Source: Candidatus Curtissbacteria bacterium RIFOXYA1_FULL_41_14 (GTDB taxonomy: Bacteria > Patescibacteriota > Microgenomatia > Curtissbacterales > GWA2-41-24). From it: 64,000 nt of DNA. This document shows positions 40,254-50,557 of the stretch, piece after piece. A program made the position numbers and the translations under genes. Positions within the stretch are counted from its first letter, which is position 1; each line of letters opens with the position of its first letter. The notes under the pieces are model-generated. The model was given only the letters and a program-made list of their open reading frames with translations. It searched no databases and had not been told where the DNA came from. The stretch covers positions 181,232-245,231 of the forward strand of contig MFCA01000025.1 of NCBI GenBank assembly GCA_001775095.1. Direction: 5' to 3'.

Positions 40254-40295
40254 TCATTGGATCTTGGCAAGGGAAAAAGGACATATGGTGTTGTA
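40254..40295 (-). pseudogene. Orphan duplicate of the 3' end of the helicase-nuclease gene
   Basis: Reads YNTICPFSLAKIQ* versus the gene end YNAICPFSLAKIS*. Confidence 0.8.
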
Positions 40296-40357
40296 TCAGC
40301 AGGTCGCCTTGCGAGGCTTCGCCCTCGCAATGGCGCTCCTCTGATATAGCCGCAATC

Positions 40358-43300
40358 TCAACTTATTTTAGCTAAACTAAATGGACAGATTGCGTTATAA
40401 GCGCAGTAATTGCATGCAGGCACGCGGCCGAAGTATTTGGGATTGGCAACAAAATTGTTGTTTTTTGTGTCCCGGCGGATGTTTTCGGCCGTTTCTAAAA
40501 TTAAATTTTCGGTTTTTTCCAAATCCGCCTTAGTGGGACTGTATGAACCTTCAATCCCCGTTTCTAAAAAATGCAGAGTTACTTTTTCGGGAATAATTTG
40601 ATGACGCTTCCAGTAATTTAGGGCGTAAATAGAAAGTTGTGTTGACTCTTTGGCTTGAGCGTTAGCCCGATCCTCGTCGATATTTTCAGATGATTTATAA
40701 TCTATAATCGTCACTTTACTGCCAAGTCTAATATCTACCCGGTCAAAACGGCCGGTAACAATGACATTTTTTAGGGGAAAATCGAATCTTGCTTCAATCA
40801 GTGTTGGGATATCTTTATTTCTTGCCTCTCGTCTGTAAAATGAGGAAATCGCCAACTTGCCTTGGGCTTTTCGTTTTTCTTCATGCTCAATTGATAAAAA
40901 TCCCTCGCTGTCCCAGGCATTTTCAAATACTTCCAGAACTTGCGGCAGAGTCAAGTTTTTGCCGTTTTTCTTGGATCTTAAGAAGGCGGCAACAGCAGCA
41001 TGCAGTGCCGCGCCGTAAACTATCGCGTGATGACGGAGAATTGGCACACGCAAAATATGGATATAACGATATTTGTAAGCACAGGTCAAATAGTCGTCGA
41101 TTGATCCTTGAGTCAGTTTTAAAACGCTTGTATCAAAAAGAGCTGTCTGAAGACTACGAGCTGGAGTCGGCGCAAATTTTTCGATTTTTTCGACTGGCGA
41201 AAGTCTGGCCGGTGTCGCATCCGTTTTTGGCTTATCTTGAGCCTCCAGAACAAAAGGTGAGACTTTTTTAACTCTCTTGCCGCCGATATCCCTCGAGTGG
41301 GAAAAATACAGTAAATCTTTGGCCCGCGTCATCCCGACATAAAAAAGGCGCCTTTCCTCTTCCTGATGCCAATCGCCTGTTGGCAGTGTTTCTTTGATTA
41401 GTTCTTCGGGAATATCGATTACGTCACCGCGCTGACGTGTTGGAAAATGATCAGAGACCAGATTCACCAGAAAAACAACCCGGAATTCTAAACCTTTGGC
41501 TCCATGAACCGTCATAACATTAACAGCATCCAATTCCGGATCAAATTCAATTGTTGCCGGATCATCGCCTGCCCCACGGATTGCTTCCAGATAATCAACA
41601 AATTGGCTAACTTTCTGGCCGCGGGCAACGTCGGTGAATTCTTTAATCTTGTCGAAAAATTTGGCGATATTTTGAATTTTAATCTGTCCTTCGACTCCTC
41701 CGGTTCTTTCAAGCTTCTTGAGATAACCTGTTCTTTTCAGAAAATCATAAGTAACCCGGCCGACATTTTCACTTCTTCCCAGTTTGATTGACTCCTCAAG
41801 ATCCAAAAGGACTTTATCAATGATTGCTTTTGACTGGTCTGAAATTTCAAGATCATCATGTGAAGCCGAGGCCTGAGGCAGGTTTTTTAGAACATAATAG
41901 AGGGAACGAGTTTTACGACGGGCAAAGGAAGCCAGTTTAATAGCGTCGGTCGGCGGTATTTGGTAAATGTCCGAGGTGATTAAGTTATACAGATTAAGAC
42001 TGTCTTCGAAATCGGAAATTGCGCCTAAAAAAGAAATCAAAAGAGCAATTTCTTCCTGTTGATAAAGGCCTGAGGAGCCGACAAATTTATGGGGAATTCC
42101 TTTCATGTTTAAGGCTCTTAAGAAATGGTCGGCTGCAGCATTGGCACGAACAAGGATGGCAAAATCTTTGTAGTTGTAACGTGTTACTTGTCGCTTGTTA
42201 CGTGTTGCCATTAATTTTTCGATTTCGGAAGCTACAAGATCTGCTTCTTCAGAAATGGTGTCGGCAAATATTTCCTGAGGTGGAATACCTTTTCCTGTTC
42301 TTATTTTACCCCTGGGGTGCGCTGAGTTATGGCCCGGCACACCCCAGGGGTGTATCGATTTGAGTTTTTTGTCGATTCTATTTTGAACTTCGAGTCTGTC
42401 CGGGTCGTTGTGTCTGATTAGTCTATAGGCGCTATCCAAAGTTGGCTGGGTTGAGCGGTAATTTTGAGTCAAAACAACTTGTTTTGCTTTTGGAAAATCT
42501 TTGACGAATTCTAAAATATTGGAAATGGCAGCTCCGCGGAATTTGTAGATAGATTGATCATCATCACCAACGACACAAATATTCTTGTGATTTCTGGCCA
42601 ATATTTTAACCAGTTCATTTTGAGCGTAGTTGGTATCTTGATATTCATCGACCAGAATATATTTAAATTGCTCCTGATATTTACTTAAGATTTTGGGTCT
42701 TTTTTGGAAAAGTTCAATGGTTTTAACAACCTGATCGCCAAAATCCAAAAATCCGGCTTCGTCTTTTAATTTCTCATACATCTCAAAAGCGCCAGCCAGC
42801 TCCTGATATTTCTTTGACTCGATTTTTGACTCTTTGTCTTTAGTCCGCCGGTCTTCGACCCTGAGGCTCAGACCCGAAGGGCTGACGGATTGCGTTAAGC
42901 GTTTAGCGTATAGCGAAAACTCTTTCGGATTTATATTTTCGTCTTTCAGACGCGAAAAAAAAGAAAGGACTGCTGAAATAAATTTTGTCGGATTAGAAAG
43001 AGGCCGCCAGTAATCCAATTGGAACCTAAAAAGATTTTGCTGAAAAAACAATACCTGCTGGGGTCGGGAAAGAATCTTGAAATCCGGTGAAAGACCGATA
43101 TCAAAAGCGTTGTCTCTGAGAATTCGGTCACCAAAGGCATGAAAGGTAGAAATCCAGGTATCGATAAAACCGTATGGGACTAAAATGTCAACTCGTTCTT
43201 CCATTTCACCGGCAGCTTTATCAGTGAAAGTTAAAGCCAAGATTTCTGAGGGTTTGGCCAGTTTCTTTTCGATAATATAGGCGATCCTTCTGGCGATAAC

Positions 43301-43477
43301 GGCAGTCTTGCCTGTACCGGCACCGGCAATAATCAAAAGCGGACCTTCGGTAGTTGTTACTGCTTCTTTTTGCTGTGGATTTAAATTTTTGAGGATCCCA
43401 CTATCCTTACTTCTCGCCTTTTCACTATTGTTCATAGACGGCTCGAAGAGCGAATTTGAGGGACGAGTATCACTCAC
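40358..43477 (-). CDS. UvrD-family helicase fused to a PD-(D/E)XK nuclease with Cys cluster (AdnAB/AddAB-like)
   Basis: AGAGTGKT, VDEYQD, TVHGAKGLEF, EEERRLFYVGMTRA; nuclease GRFDRVD..IIDYKS, QLSIYA; Cys at YLTC and CNYC..IC; exact start uncertain. Confidence 0.9.
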   Translation of the reverse strand: MSDTRPSNSLFEPSMNNSEKARSKDSGILKNLNPQQKEAVTTTEGPLLIIAGAGTGKTAVIARRIAYIIEKKLAKPSEILALTFTDKAAGEMEERVDILVPYGFIDTWISTFHAFGDRILRDNAFDIGLSPDFKILSRPQQVLFFQQNLFRFQLDYWRPLSNPTKFISAVLSFFSRLKDENINPKEFSLYAKRLTQSVSPSGLSLRVEDRRTKDKESKIESKKYQELAGAFEMYEKLKDEAGFLDFGDQVVKTIELFQKRPKILSKYQEQFKYILVDEYQDTNYAQNELVKILARNHKNICVVGDDDQSIYKFRGAAISNILEFVKDFPKAKQVVLTQNYRSTQPTLDSAYRLIRHNDPDRLEVQNRIDKKLKSIHPWGVPGHNSAHPRGKIRTGKGIPPQEIFADTISEEADLVASEIEKLMATRNKRQVTRYNYKDFAILVRANAAADHFLRALNMKGIPHKFVGSSGLYQQEEIALLISFLGAISDFEDSLNLYNLITSDIYQIPPTDAIKLASFARRKTRSLYYVLKNLPQASASHDDLEISDQSKAIIDKVLLDLEESIKLGRSENVGRVTYDFLKRTGYLKKLERTGGVEGQIKIQNIAKFFDKIKEFTDVARGQKVSQFVDYLEAIRGAGDDPATIEFDPELDAVNVMTVHGAKGLEFRVVFLVNLVSDHFPTRQRGDVIDIPEELIKETLPTGDWHQEEERRLFYVGMTRAKDLLYFSHSRDIGGKRVKKVSPFVLEAQDKPKTDATPARLSPVEKIEKFAPTPARSLQTALFDTSVLKLTQGSIDDYLTCAYKYRYIHILRVPILRHHAIVYGAALHAAVAAFLRSKKNGKNLTLPQVLEVFENAWDSEGFLSIEHEEKRKAQGKLAISSFYRREARNKDIPTLIEARFDFPLKNVIVTGRFDRVDIRLGSKVTIIDYKSSENIDEDRANAQAKESTQLSIYALNYWKRHQIIPEKVTLHFLETGIEGSYSPTKADLEKTENLILETAENIRRDTKNNNFVANPKYFGRVPACNYCAYNAICPFSLAKIS
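42307..42352. repeat. Twin-palindrome element inside the helicase-nuclease gene
   Basis: TACCCCTGGGGTG-N20-CACCCCAGGGGTG; spacer cgctgagttatggcccggca matches the metG spacer at 15/20. Confidence 0.85.
42844..42889. repeat. Nested palindromic element inside the helicase-nuclease gene
   Basis: tccgccg[gtcttcgaccctgaggctcagacccgaaggg]ctgacgga; inner part resembles 56804-56833 in tatD. Confidence 0.7.
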
Positions 43478-43502
43478 GGTGCCATTTTAGCATGGCATAT
43501 AA

Positions 43503-45410
43503 TTGGTGCATAATGAAATTATGAAGAAATCTTTTTTGGCCGTCTTTTTATTTTTTATCTTTTTTCTGTTTTTCCCGAATTCCATTTTGGCAAAAGATTA
43601 CTATTTTCCAAAAGTTGAAGGTCAGTATCAAATCCAGAGCGATGGGTCGGTCGGAGTTTTGGAACGAAGAACTTATGAATTTTCAGGAAGCTTTAGTTGG
43701 GCAGATATTTTCATTCCTCTTAAGATTTCGCGCAAGGGTTACAGCTATAATGCGCAAATTATAAATTTCATGGTTTCGGAAAATGGCAAGGGGGTAAATT
43801 TAGTCGAAAACGGCCCTCAAGGCGACAAATATTACGCTAAATGGACTTACAGCGCTTTTAACCAAACAAGAACTTTTGATATTTCCTACACGCTAATTGG
43901 GGCTTTGGGGCAAGGAGAAGATTACACCGAATTTTACTGGCAGGTTATTGGTGATCAGTGGGATAAGAGGACCCAAAACGCAGAATTTTTGGTGACTTTT
44001 CCCAATAATATCCCAAGAGATCAAGTTTATGTATTTGCTCACGGGCCTCTAAACGGAAAGTATGATTTTGTAGGCAATAACCAGGCTAAATTTACAGTTT
44101 CTGATATAAGACCGAAGCAATTCGTTGAGGTCAGATTAGTATTCCCTAAGGGCAATATACTGGCTCAACAAAACTCGCAAAATAACTTGCAAAAGTTACT
44201 AGCTGAGGAAAAGAGCATTCTAGAAAAAGAGCAAAGAAATGCAGTTTTAAGGGGTGTATTCTTACTACTATTATTTTTGGTCACCGGATTGTGGGTAGTG
44301 TATTGGATTTGGGCTTGGTTTAAATACGGTAAGGAGTATAAGGTGGAAGTACCTAAATATCATCACGATCCCCCATCCAGACTGCCGCCGGCACTAGTGG
44401 AAATTCTTTTAAACCAGAATAATAATATCGGTACCCAGTCTTTCATAGCCACGCTTTTTGATTTGGCAAAAAAGAAATATCTCTCAGTCGCGACAAGGAG
44501 GTATTTGGTAAAGATCTTATTTTTTACACAGTCTAAGTACGAATATGCAATAGTTTTCAAGATTGAAAGAGAGAATCTTAACAATAATCCGAATCTTAGT
44601 ACATTCGAAAAAATGTATTTAAGAGAACTTGGAGATTTACATTCCCATTTGACTGAAGAACAACTTGTAGGTTTTGGTATAAAACGGGATGATCACGTTG
44701 TTACTTTTGATGACCTTAAAAAACATATAAAGACCGCTGGATTTGGAAGTTTTTGGCAATCTTTTAGAAAGGCAGTTAAAAAAGAGGCGGAGAAAAGAGG
44801 TTTTTTGGAGCAGGGTAGTGTTAAGAAGCATAACTGGTTCTGGATTTCTGCTGCTATTCTTGGTGTCTTAAACTTTACTGCTCTTAGTTTACTTTCCAAT
44901 GCTTTTTTTACGGGGGTCTTGGCATCATTTTTTTCCCTTTTTTGGTTTGTTGTCATTTTCCGCATCATATTGGGCATAAGGCTTTTATTCTCCAAAAAAG
45001 GGAGGGGGTTCCATCTTTTCTACTTTATGAGACGCTGGAGTAAAACTTACGGGGAGGAAGCCCGCAAGTGGCAGGCATTCAGGAATTTCTTGGAAGACAT
45101 CGGACATTTTAGGGATAAATTACCCCACCATTTACCGATTTGGGAAGAATACTTAGTCTACGGAATACTTTTTGGTCAAACAGACAAAATTCTAAAGCTT
45201 ATGCCGCAATACATTGGTGAACAGGTACCTAATTGGTACGTAGGCGATGGCTATGTAGGAATAGGTTCCTTTTCGGATTTTTCAACTTCACTGAATAGTT
45301 TATCTACTAATATCTCCTCCAGCTTCAAAGCCGGAACCGGCGGAAGTTTTTCCGGTGGTGGCGGTTTCGGTGGCGGAGGAGGAGGTGGAGGCGGTGGCGG
45401 CGCCGGATAA
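43503..45410 (+). CDS. DUF2207-family membrane protein
   Basis: Signal peptide, IQSDGS, EFYWQVIG, AHGPLNG, LPPALV, ATLFDLA, WQAFRNFL, WEEYLVYG, Gly-rich tail. Confidence 0.88.
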   Translation: MVHNEIMKKSFLAVFLFFIFFLFFPNSILAKDYYFPKVEGQYQIQSDGSVGVLERRTYEFSGSFSWADIFIPLKISRKGYSYNAQIINFMVSENGKGVNLVENGPQGDKYYAKWTYSAFNQTRTFDISYTLIGALGQGEDYTEFYWQVIGDQWDKRTQNAEFLVTFPNNIPRDQVYVFAHGPLNGKYDFVGNNQAKFTVSDIRPKQFVEVRLVFPKGNILAQQNSQNNLQKLLAEEKSILEKEQRNAVLRGVFLLLLFLVTGLWVVYWIWAWFKYGKEYKVEVPKYHHDPPSRLPPALVEILLNQNNNIGTQSFIATLFDLAKKKYLSVATRRYLVKILFFTQSKYEYAIVFKIERENLNNNPNLSTFEKMYLRELGDLHSHLTEEQLVGFGIKRDDHVVTFDDLKKHIKTAGFGSFWQSFRKAVKKEAEKRGFLEQGSVKKHNWFWISAAILGVLNFTALSLLSNAFFTGVLASFFSLFWFVVIFRIILGIRLLFSKKGRGFHLFYFMRRWSKTYGEEARKWQAFRNFLEDIGHFRDKLPHHLPIWEEYLVYGILFGQTDKILKLMPQYIGEQVPNWYVGDGYVGIGSFSDFSTSLNSLSTNISSSFKAGTGGSFSGGGGFGGGGGGGGGGGAG

Positions 45411-45421
45411 TCCGTAAGGAA

Positions 45422-46414
45422 TTATTTCTCTTTCAAAGATTTTGCAGATTTTCCCTCAATGGATTGGACTGTAGAGATCCTTGAGGATAGACGGGTGAAG
45501 CGGGTATTGACATCGTCTGATGATGCAGCGGCGTTTTTGATGTGTTTGGTAAGGACGGAGAGAGACCCTCCGAATTTCTCGGTTTCGTCACCGATCTCGC
45601 GAAGTGCGGCCAAAATTTGTCCGGCTTGCTTTTCAATTTTGGCTCCCTCCAAACTCATAATGATCGCTCGAAGATAAGCGTATAGAGTGTTGGGCGACAC
45701 CGGCCGAACGCGTTTACGGTAAGCGTAGTCATCAATTTCTGGGGAGTTGGTTAAAATTTCATAATAAACAGGTTCCGCAGGAATATACATCAGGGCAAAA
45801 TCCAAAGTTCCCTCCTGGGGTCTAATGTATTTTGAGGCGATTGCGTCAATATGTTTTTTGACGTCGGCAATGAAGGCTTTTCGATGATCGTTTCTTTCCT
45901 TTTCGCCGTCGGCTTTGGCCATTTTGCGAAAATTTTCCATCGGGAATTTGGCGTCAATCGGAATAATTCCCTGCTCCAACTTTAGAGCAGCATCGACAAT
46001 TTCGCCTCCTTTAAAAGCATACTGAAGATGGAAATTCTGTTTGGGAAGGATTTGACCAAGTAGATCTTTTAAAATTGCTTCCCCTATCTGACCGCGCATT
46101 TTTGGCGAACGCAAGAATTCCTGAAGATCGCGCATCGACCTTCCTAGTTCAGTCATCTCGCCGACAGACTTGGAAACATCCGAAATTACCTGGGCGGCCC
46201 GATCCAACCTTTCATTAATTGCGCGAGTTTGCTTAACCATCGAGTCGGTAGTTTTATCCATCGATCCGCGCATGTCAGAGACAAGCTGAGTCAAAAGTTT
46301 AGTGGTTTCGTCAGAAGATTTTGAGTCAAGTAACTTTTTGATTTGGAAATAAAGAACGGCGAAGGCAATAACCACCAACGCACCGATTATTAATATTATG
46401 GCTTGAGAATCCAT
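45422..46414 (-). CDS. rmuC: DNA recombination protein RmuC
   Basis: PKMRGQIGE, IPIDAKFP, KYIRPQEGTLDFALMYIPAEPVYYE, VSPNTL. Confidence 0.92.
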   Translation of the reverse strand: MDSQAIILIIGALVVIAFAVLYFQIKKLLDSKSSDETTKLLTQLVSDMRGSMDKTTDSMVKQTRAINERLDRAAQVISDVSKSVGEMTELGRSMRDLQEFLRSPKMRGQIGEAILKDLLGQILPKQNFHLQYAFKGGEIVDAALKLEQGIIPIDAKFPMENFRKMAKADGEKERNDHRKAFIADVKKHIDAIASKYIRPQEGTLDFALMYIPAEPVYYEILTNSPEIDDYAYRKRVRPVSPNTLYAYLRAIIMSLEGAKIEKQAGQILAALREIGDETEKFGGSLSVLTKHIKNAAASSDDVNTRFTRLSSRISTVQSIEGKSAKSLKEK

Positions 46415-46440
46415 CCGCTAGATTGTACCAAATGTTGTGT

Positions 46441-46582
46441 AATTTTCAATTTGAAATTCCCGACCTCGTCTCGACTCGGTCGAGGACGGGTTGAAATTTT
46501 TAATCAAATCTAAATGTTTCAATTTTGAAAAATTAGATCATTGAAAATTCAATAAAAATTGTAAATTAAAAATTAAAAATTG
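46441..46582. repeat. Heptamer-built AT-rich IR element with a nested GC hairpin
   Basis: aattttcaatttgaaatt[cccgacctcgtctcgactcggtcgaggacggg]ttgaaatt...aaaattgtaaattaaaaattaaaaatt. Confidence 0.65.
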
Positions 46583-46596
46583 TTTACAATGGTATT

Positions 46597-46971
46597 ATGG
46601 TTCGCCTTTTGCCTTTTGCTTTTTTGATTCTCTGTGCCTCGCTGTTCGGTCTCTTCTGGATTGTGATTGAGGTTGATCCTGATTCGGCACCTTGGTATAT
46701 CTTTGTTCTGTTGATCCTCCTGGTCTTTCTGACTGTCTTCTCTTTTTTGGGACTTTTTCTCTATTTTCTAAGAACCAGATTTTACAAGCGATACAGCGCT
46801 AAGTGGTATGTCTATACTTCTTTTAAAATGGCCTTTTTTGTGGCACTTTTCGTGACATTGACTGCAACTTTGGCTATTTTGCAGTTAGTGACTCTTTTTA
46901 ACGTGATCTTGGCAATCTCGGCAGTATCTCTGTTTGCCATTTGGAGTTATTTGGGAAAAAATAGTTACTAG
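46597..46971 (+). CDS. Hypothetical 4-TM membrane protein
   Basis: 124 aa hydrophobic ORF; TACAAT 6 nt before the ATG. Confidence 0.75.
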   Translation: MVRLLPFAFLILCASLFGLFWIVIEVDPDSAPWYIFVLLILLVFLTVFSFLGLFLYFLRTRFYKRYSAKWYVYTSFKMAFFVALFVTLTATLAILQLVTLFNVILAISAVSLFAIWSYLGKNSY

Positions 46972-46988
46972 TTTCTAGTCGCTAGTCC

Positions 46989-47465
46989 CTAGTCACTTAA
47001 GATAATTATCCCTTCCCTCCAGCCGCCGGGGTCTTTGATTAATTGGCCGTCCTTTTGATAAATATGTGAGGTAATAGCAATCGACTTATTTTGATAGGAG
47101 GATGGAATTTGCCAGTCGAGTTTATACGGAGCTGATTTTACCTCTCCAATCATCTGCCATTTACCATCAGTATAAGTTTTGACCCAAAACTGTACTTTAT
47201 CAACTTTTTGCGGCTCGTCGACCGACAGTTCAATTAATAAGTTGTTACTTCTGACGATATCGCCTGCTTGTGGATTGACAAGGATACCGCCAGTTGCATT
47301 TTCCTGTTGATTTTGCTGGATAACTGTCGTCGGTCTTGTCAAAAGCGGCCTGACGATCAGAAAAACTACAATTAAAGCGAAAGCGGCCAATGCGACAACT
47401 CCGAAAGGATTAATCGGCCAGGCTTCTCTTCCTTTTTCTATCGGCCCGCGTTTTTCTGATTCCAT
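46989..47465 (-). CDS. Membrane-anchored Ig-like domain protein
   Basis: TM, then VDKVQFW...IGEVKSAPYKLDW. Confidence 0.7.
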   Translation of the reverse strand: MESEKRGPIEKGREAWPINPFGVVALAAFALIVVFLIVRPLLTRPTTVIQQNQQENATGGILVNPQAGDIVRSNNLLIELSVDEPQKVDKVQFWVKTYTDGKWQMIGEVKSAPYKLDWQIPSSYQNKSIAITSHIYQKDGQLIKDPGGWREGIIILSD

Positions 47466-47539
47466 ACTTTTATATAATTTTATCTTGTTTTAGCCCACTG
47501 TCAAATTAAAAGTTTTTGATATAGAATACTTTCGCAACA

Positions 47540-49882
47540 ATGCTTAAATTTACTTTGATAAAAAAATCACTGTTTAAAATACTCTCGATCTTCATTATTT
47601 TTTTAACATGGTTTATCAGACTGGATATCTTCATAGGAGATGTAACGATCTTTCTTATCAAAACGATTCTTTTATCAATCGGGAGGCTTCTTAAAAAATT
47701 AAACTTAGATTTACGAAAAAGGGCGCCAGCAGTATTTCACACGCTTGACAGGCTAATCCATCATCCAGTAGTCGGGCAAGATCGCAGTTTTAAAGTAGGC
47801 TTGGCCACAATTTTTATCCTGATTTTCGCAATCTGGTTCACTACGCGTGATTTACCAAGCCCAAAACAACTTGAGACAAGAAAACTACCCCAAACCACCA
47901 AGATTTATGACCGAGATGGTGAGTTACTTTACAACATTTATTCTGATCAAAATCGCACTGTAGTGCCGCTTTCAGAAATCCCCAATTCGCTAAAGCAAGC
48001 AACAATTGCCATTGAAGATAAAGACTTTTATAAACATAAGGGCTTTGATATCTATGGTATTGCCCGGGCAACCAGAAAAACGGTTTTTGAAGGAAATCTG
48101 CAAGGAGGTTCAACTATAACTCAGCAATTAGTCAAGAGCGCTTTTCTCTCACCTGAGAGGACAATAAGCCGAAAAATCAAGGAACTTTACCTTGCTTTTA
48201 GAGTAGAAATGGCCTTCCCGAAAGACCGGATCTTGGAAATGTATTTAAACCAGGTTCCATACGGAGGAACGGCTTGGGGAGCGGCAGCAGCAGCCGAACA
48301 ATATTTTGGCAAAGATGTTAAAGATCTAACTCTAGCGCAGTCAGCCCTGCTGGCAGGTTTACCAGCGGCTCCTACCTACTATTCGCCTTTTGGACAAGAT
48401 TCCAAACGGGCTAAAGAAAGACAGAAACAGGTCCTAAGAAGAATGGTTGAGGATGGCTATATCTTAAAAGAAGAGGCGGACGCTGCAGCAGGTGAAGAGC
48501 TTTCATTCAAACCCTCAGCGACTGACATCAAAGCTCCCCATTTTGTAATGTATGTCCGCGAGTATTTGGCTGAAAAATATGGTGAAGCAGTAGCTGCTCA
48601 AGGGGGACTTAAGGTGACAACTACCTTGGATTTAGATATTCAGGAAAGCGCGCAGAAAATTGTTAAAGATAACATAGATAAACTCAAAGTGCATCGAGTC
48701 TCAAATGGTTCGGCATTGGTGACTAAACCAAAAACTGGGGAGATTCTGGCAATGGTCGGATCAAAAGATTTTTTTGACACTTCAATCGACGGCAATGTCA
48801 ACGTGACTATTGCTTCGCGTCAACCAGGATCTTCAATCAAACCGGTTAATTACGCAACTGCACTTGAAAGAAGACTAATAACGCCTGCAACAATCATCAT
48901 GGATGTCCCAACCACTTTTTCCGGCGGGCCAGTCCCTTATCGACCAGTTAATTACGATGGCAGATTCCATGGCCCCGTGCAGGTTCGCTTTGCGCTCGGC
49001 AACTCATACAATATTCCGGCTGTAAAAGTTTTGGCCTTAAACGGCGTTGGCGAAATGATTAAGATGGCTAGGGAAATGGGTATAACAACCTTCACCGATG
49101 AATCGCGTTATGGACTTTCTCTAACGCTAGGCGGCGGAGAAGTAAAAATGACCGAAATGGCACAAGCGTTTGGAGTTTTCGCAAACGAAGGTGCCAAGGT
49201 TGACGTAACACCGATTCTCAAAATCGAAGACTCAAACGGAAAAACTTTGGAGGAGTTTAAACCAAAAACCGGCAAAAAGGTCCTTTCGCCGCAAACTTCT
49301 TTTCTGATTTCCTCGATTTTATCTGATAATAGTGCCAGAACTGCCGCTTTCGGACCAAGTAGTAAATTGGTGATTAAAGATAAAACTGTAGCAGTCAAAA
49401 CAGGTACTACTGACGATAAACGCGATAATTGGACAATCGGCTATACACCCAGTTACTTTGTAGCCACTTGGGTTGGCAATAATGACAATACTCCGATGAA
49501 TCCTGCTATTTCTTCTGGTATTACCGGTGCAACGCCGATTTGGAATGAAATTATGACAGATGTTCTAAAAGACAAAGTTAATGAAGCATTCAAAGTGCCA
49601 ACTGGAGTTACGGGCATGGAAATCTGCTCAGTAACCGGAGGAGCTAAAAACGAGGCATGTCCAGGGCGCTTTGAGTATTTTATCGCCGGAACTGAACCGA
49701 AAAAAGATACTTTCGCCAAAGCCAAAGTTTGGATTGACGTGACAACCGGCCAAGTCGTTGAACCTGGATCGCCAAATGCAGAGGAGAAAGAAGAAGTAGT
49801 TCTGCAAGATCCCTATTCCAAGAAAGACTTCTGCGTGACATGCCCAAGGCCCCAAACTTCACCATCACCGGCGCCGGGATAA
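47540..49882 (+). CDS. Class A penicillin-binding protein (PBP1A-like)
   Basis: EDKDFYKHKG, QGGSTITQQLVK, RKIKE, RQPGSSIKP, SYN, KTGT. Confidence 0.95.
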   Translation: MLKFTLIKKSLFKILSIFIIFLTWFIRLDIFIGDVTIFLIKTILLSIGRLLKKLNLDLRKRAPAVFHTLDRLIHHPVVGQDRSFKVGLATIFILIFAIWFTTRDLPSPKQLETRKLPQTTKIYDRDGELLYNIYSDQNRTVVPLSEIPNSLKQATIAIEDKDFYKHKGFDIYGIARATRKTVFEGNLQGGSTITQQLVKSAFLSPERTISRKIKELYLAFRVEMAFPKDRILEMYLNQVPYGGTAWGAAAAAEQYFGKDVKDLTLAQSALLAGLPAAPTYYSPFGQDSKRAKERQKQVLRRMVEDGYILKEEADAAAGEELSFKPSATDIKAPHFVMYVREYLAEKYGEAVAAQGGLKVTTTLDLDIQESAQKIVKDNIDKLKVHRVSNGSALVTKPKTGEILAMVGSKDFFDTSIDGNVNVTIASRQPGSSIKPVNYATALERRLITPATIIMDVPTTFSGGPVPYRPVNYDGRFHGPVQVRFALGNSYNIPAVKVLALNGVGEMIKMAREMGITTFTDESRYGLSLTLGGGEVKMTEMAQAFGVFANEGAKVDVTPILKIEDSNGKTLEEFKPKTGKKVLSPQTSFLISSILSDNSARTAAFGPSSKLVIKDKTVAVKTGTTDDKRDNWTIGYTPSYFVATWVGNNDNTPMNPAISSGITGATPIWNEIMTDVLKDKVNEAFKVPTGVTGMEICSVTGGAKNEACPGRFEYFIAGTEPKKDTFAKAKVWIDVTTGQVVEPGSPNAEEKEEVVLQDPYSKKDFCVTCPRPQTSPSPAPG

Positions 49883-49891
49883 ACCCTATTC

Positions 49892-49938
49892 GTCATTCTG
49901 AGCGAAGTCGAGTCCTAATTCGACAAAGCGAGGAATCT
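49892..49938. repeat. GTCATTCTGAG...GAATCT palindromic element (type A) with nested hairpin
   Basis: gtcattctgagcgaa[gtcgagtcctaattcgac]aaagcgaggaatct, 4 nt from the stop of paralog A. Confidence 0.7.
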
Positions 49939-49942
49939 TGAC

Positions 49943-50515
49943 TCAATCTAAAAATCTAAAGGTTGCGAGGATTTGGCTCAAATTTTGGCCGGATATATTC
50001 ATTATTCTATCGCTTGAAATAGAAATTATTACATGGCTTTCTGAAATTTTTATGGCTTTTCTACTTGCTACCGTTATTTCTTTAGCGTTAGGATAGTAGT
50101 CTTTTCTTATTTTATCGACTGTATCGCCTTGTGCTCCAAAACCGAATATAAAAACTTCGTTTCCTTTATGATCACCGTCGCTGTGATCTGCTTTTGTACC
50201 TTCCATAAAAAAACTAACGTTTTCTTCTTGAGGAAGCCAGGAGGGACTTTCATAAAACCAGTTAGGAGGATATTTGAAGACAAAGTATTTGTTTTCATAG
50301 ATTTTCCAATTTGCTGTTTCCGCGGAACCATTCGGTTCACGGCCAGCGTCTGAAATTGGACTGGGTTGGGCTTGAACCGACGGTTCGGAACTTGGAGTTG
50401 ATTTGTTTTTGATGTTTTTGAGGAGAGTAGTGTTGAAATAAAGAGTTAATGCCACGCCAAGAGTAATCAGGGCGAGAATAATCATTACCGGAGGAGTTAA
50501 ATATCCCCTTCTCAT
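49943..50515 (-). CDS. PsbP-like surface protein, paralog A
   Basis: MRRGYLTPP + TM; ETANWKIYENKYFVFKYPPNW ... SQILATFRFLD. Confidence 0.8.
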   Translation of the reverse strand: MRRGYLTPPVMIILALITLGVALTLYFNTTLLKNIKNKSTPSSEPSVQAQPSPISDAGREPNGSAETANWKIYENKYFVFKYPPNWFYESPSWLPQEENVSFFMEGTKADHSDGDHKGNEVFIFGFGAQGDTVDKIRKDYYPNAKEITVASRKAIKISESHVIISISSDRIMNISGQNLSQILATFRFLD

Positions 50516-50557
50516 ACTTTCATCATTTCACTTCCGTGAGAGAGAGTCAAAGGAGAC

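Noticed and set aside
40358-41100. Cas4-like nuclease suggesting CRISPR adaptation
   Set aside because: It is the C-terminal PD-(D/E)XK domain of a UvrD fusion typical of AddAB/AdnAB-type repair enzymes
45330-45410. GC-rich GGN repeat
   Set aside because: Normal Gly-rich tail of DUF2207-family proteins
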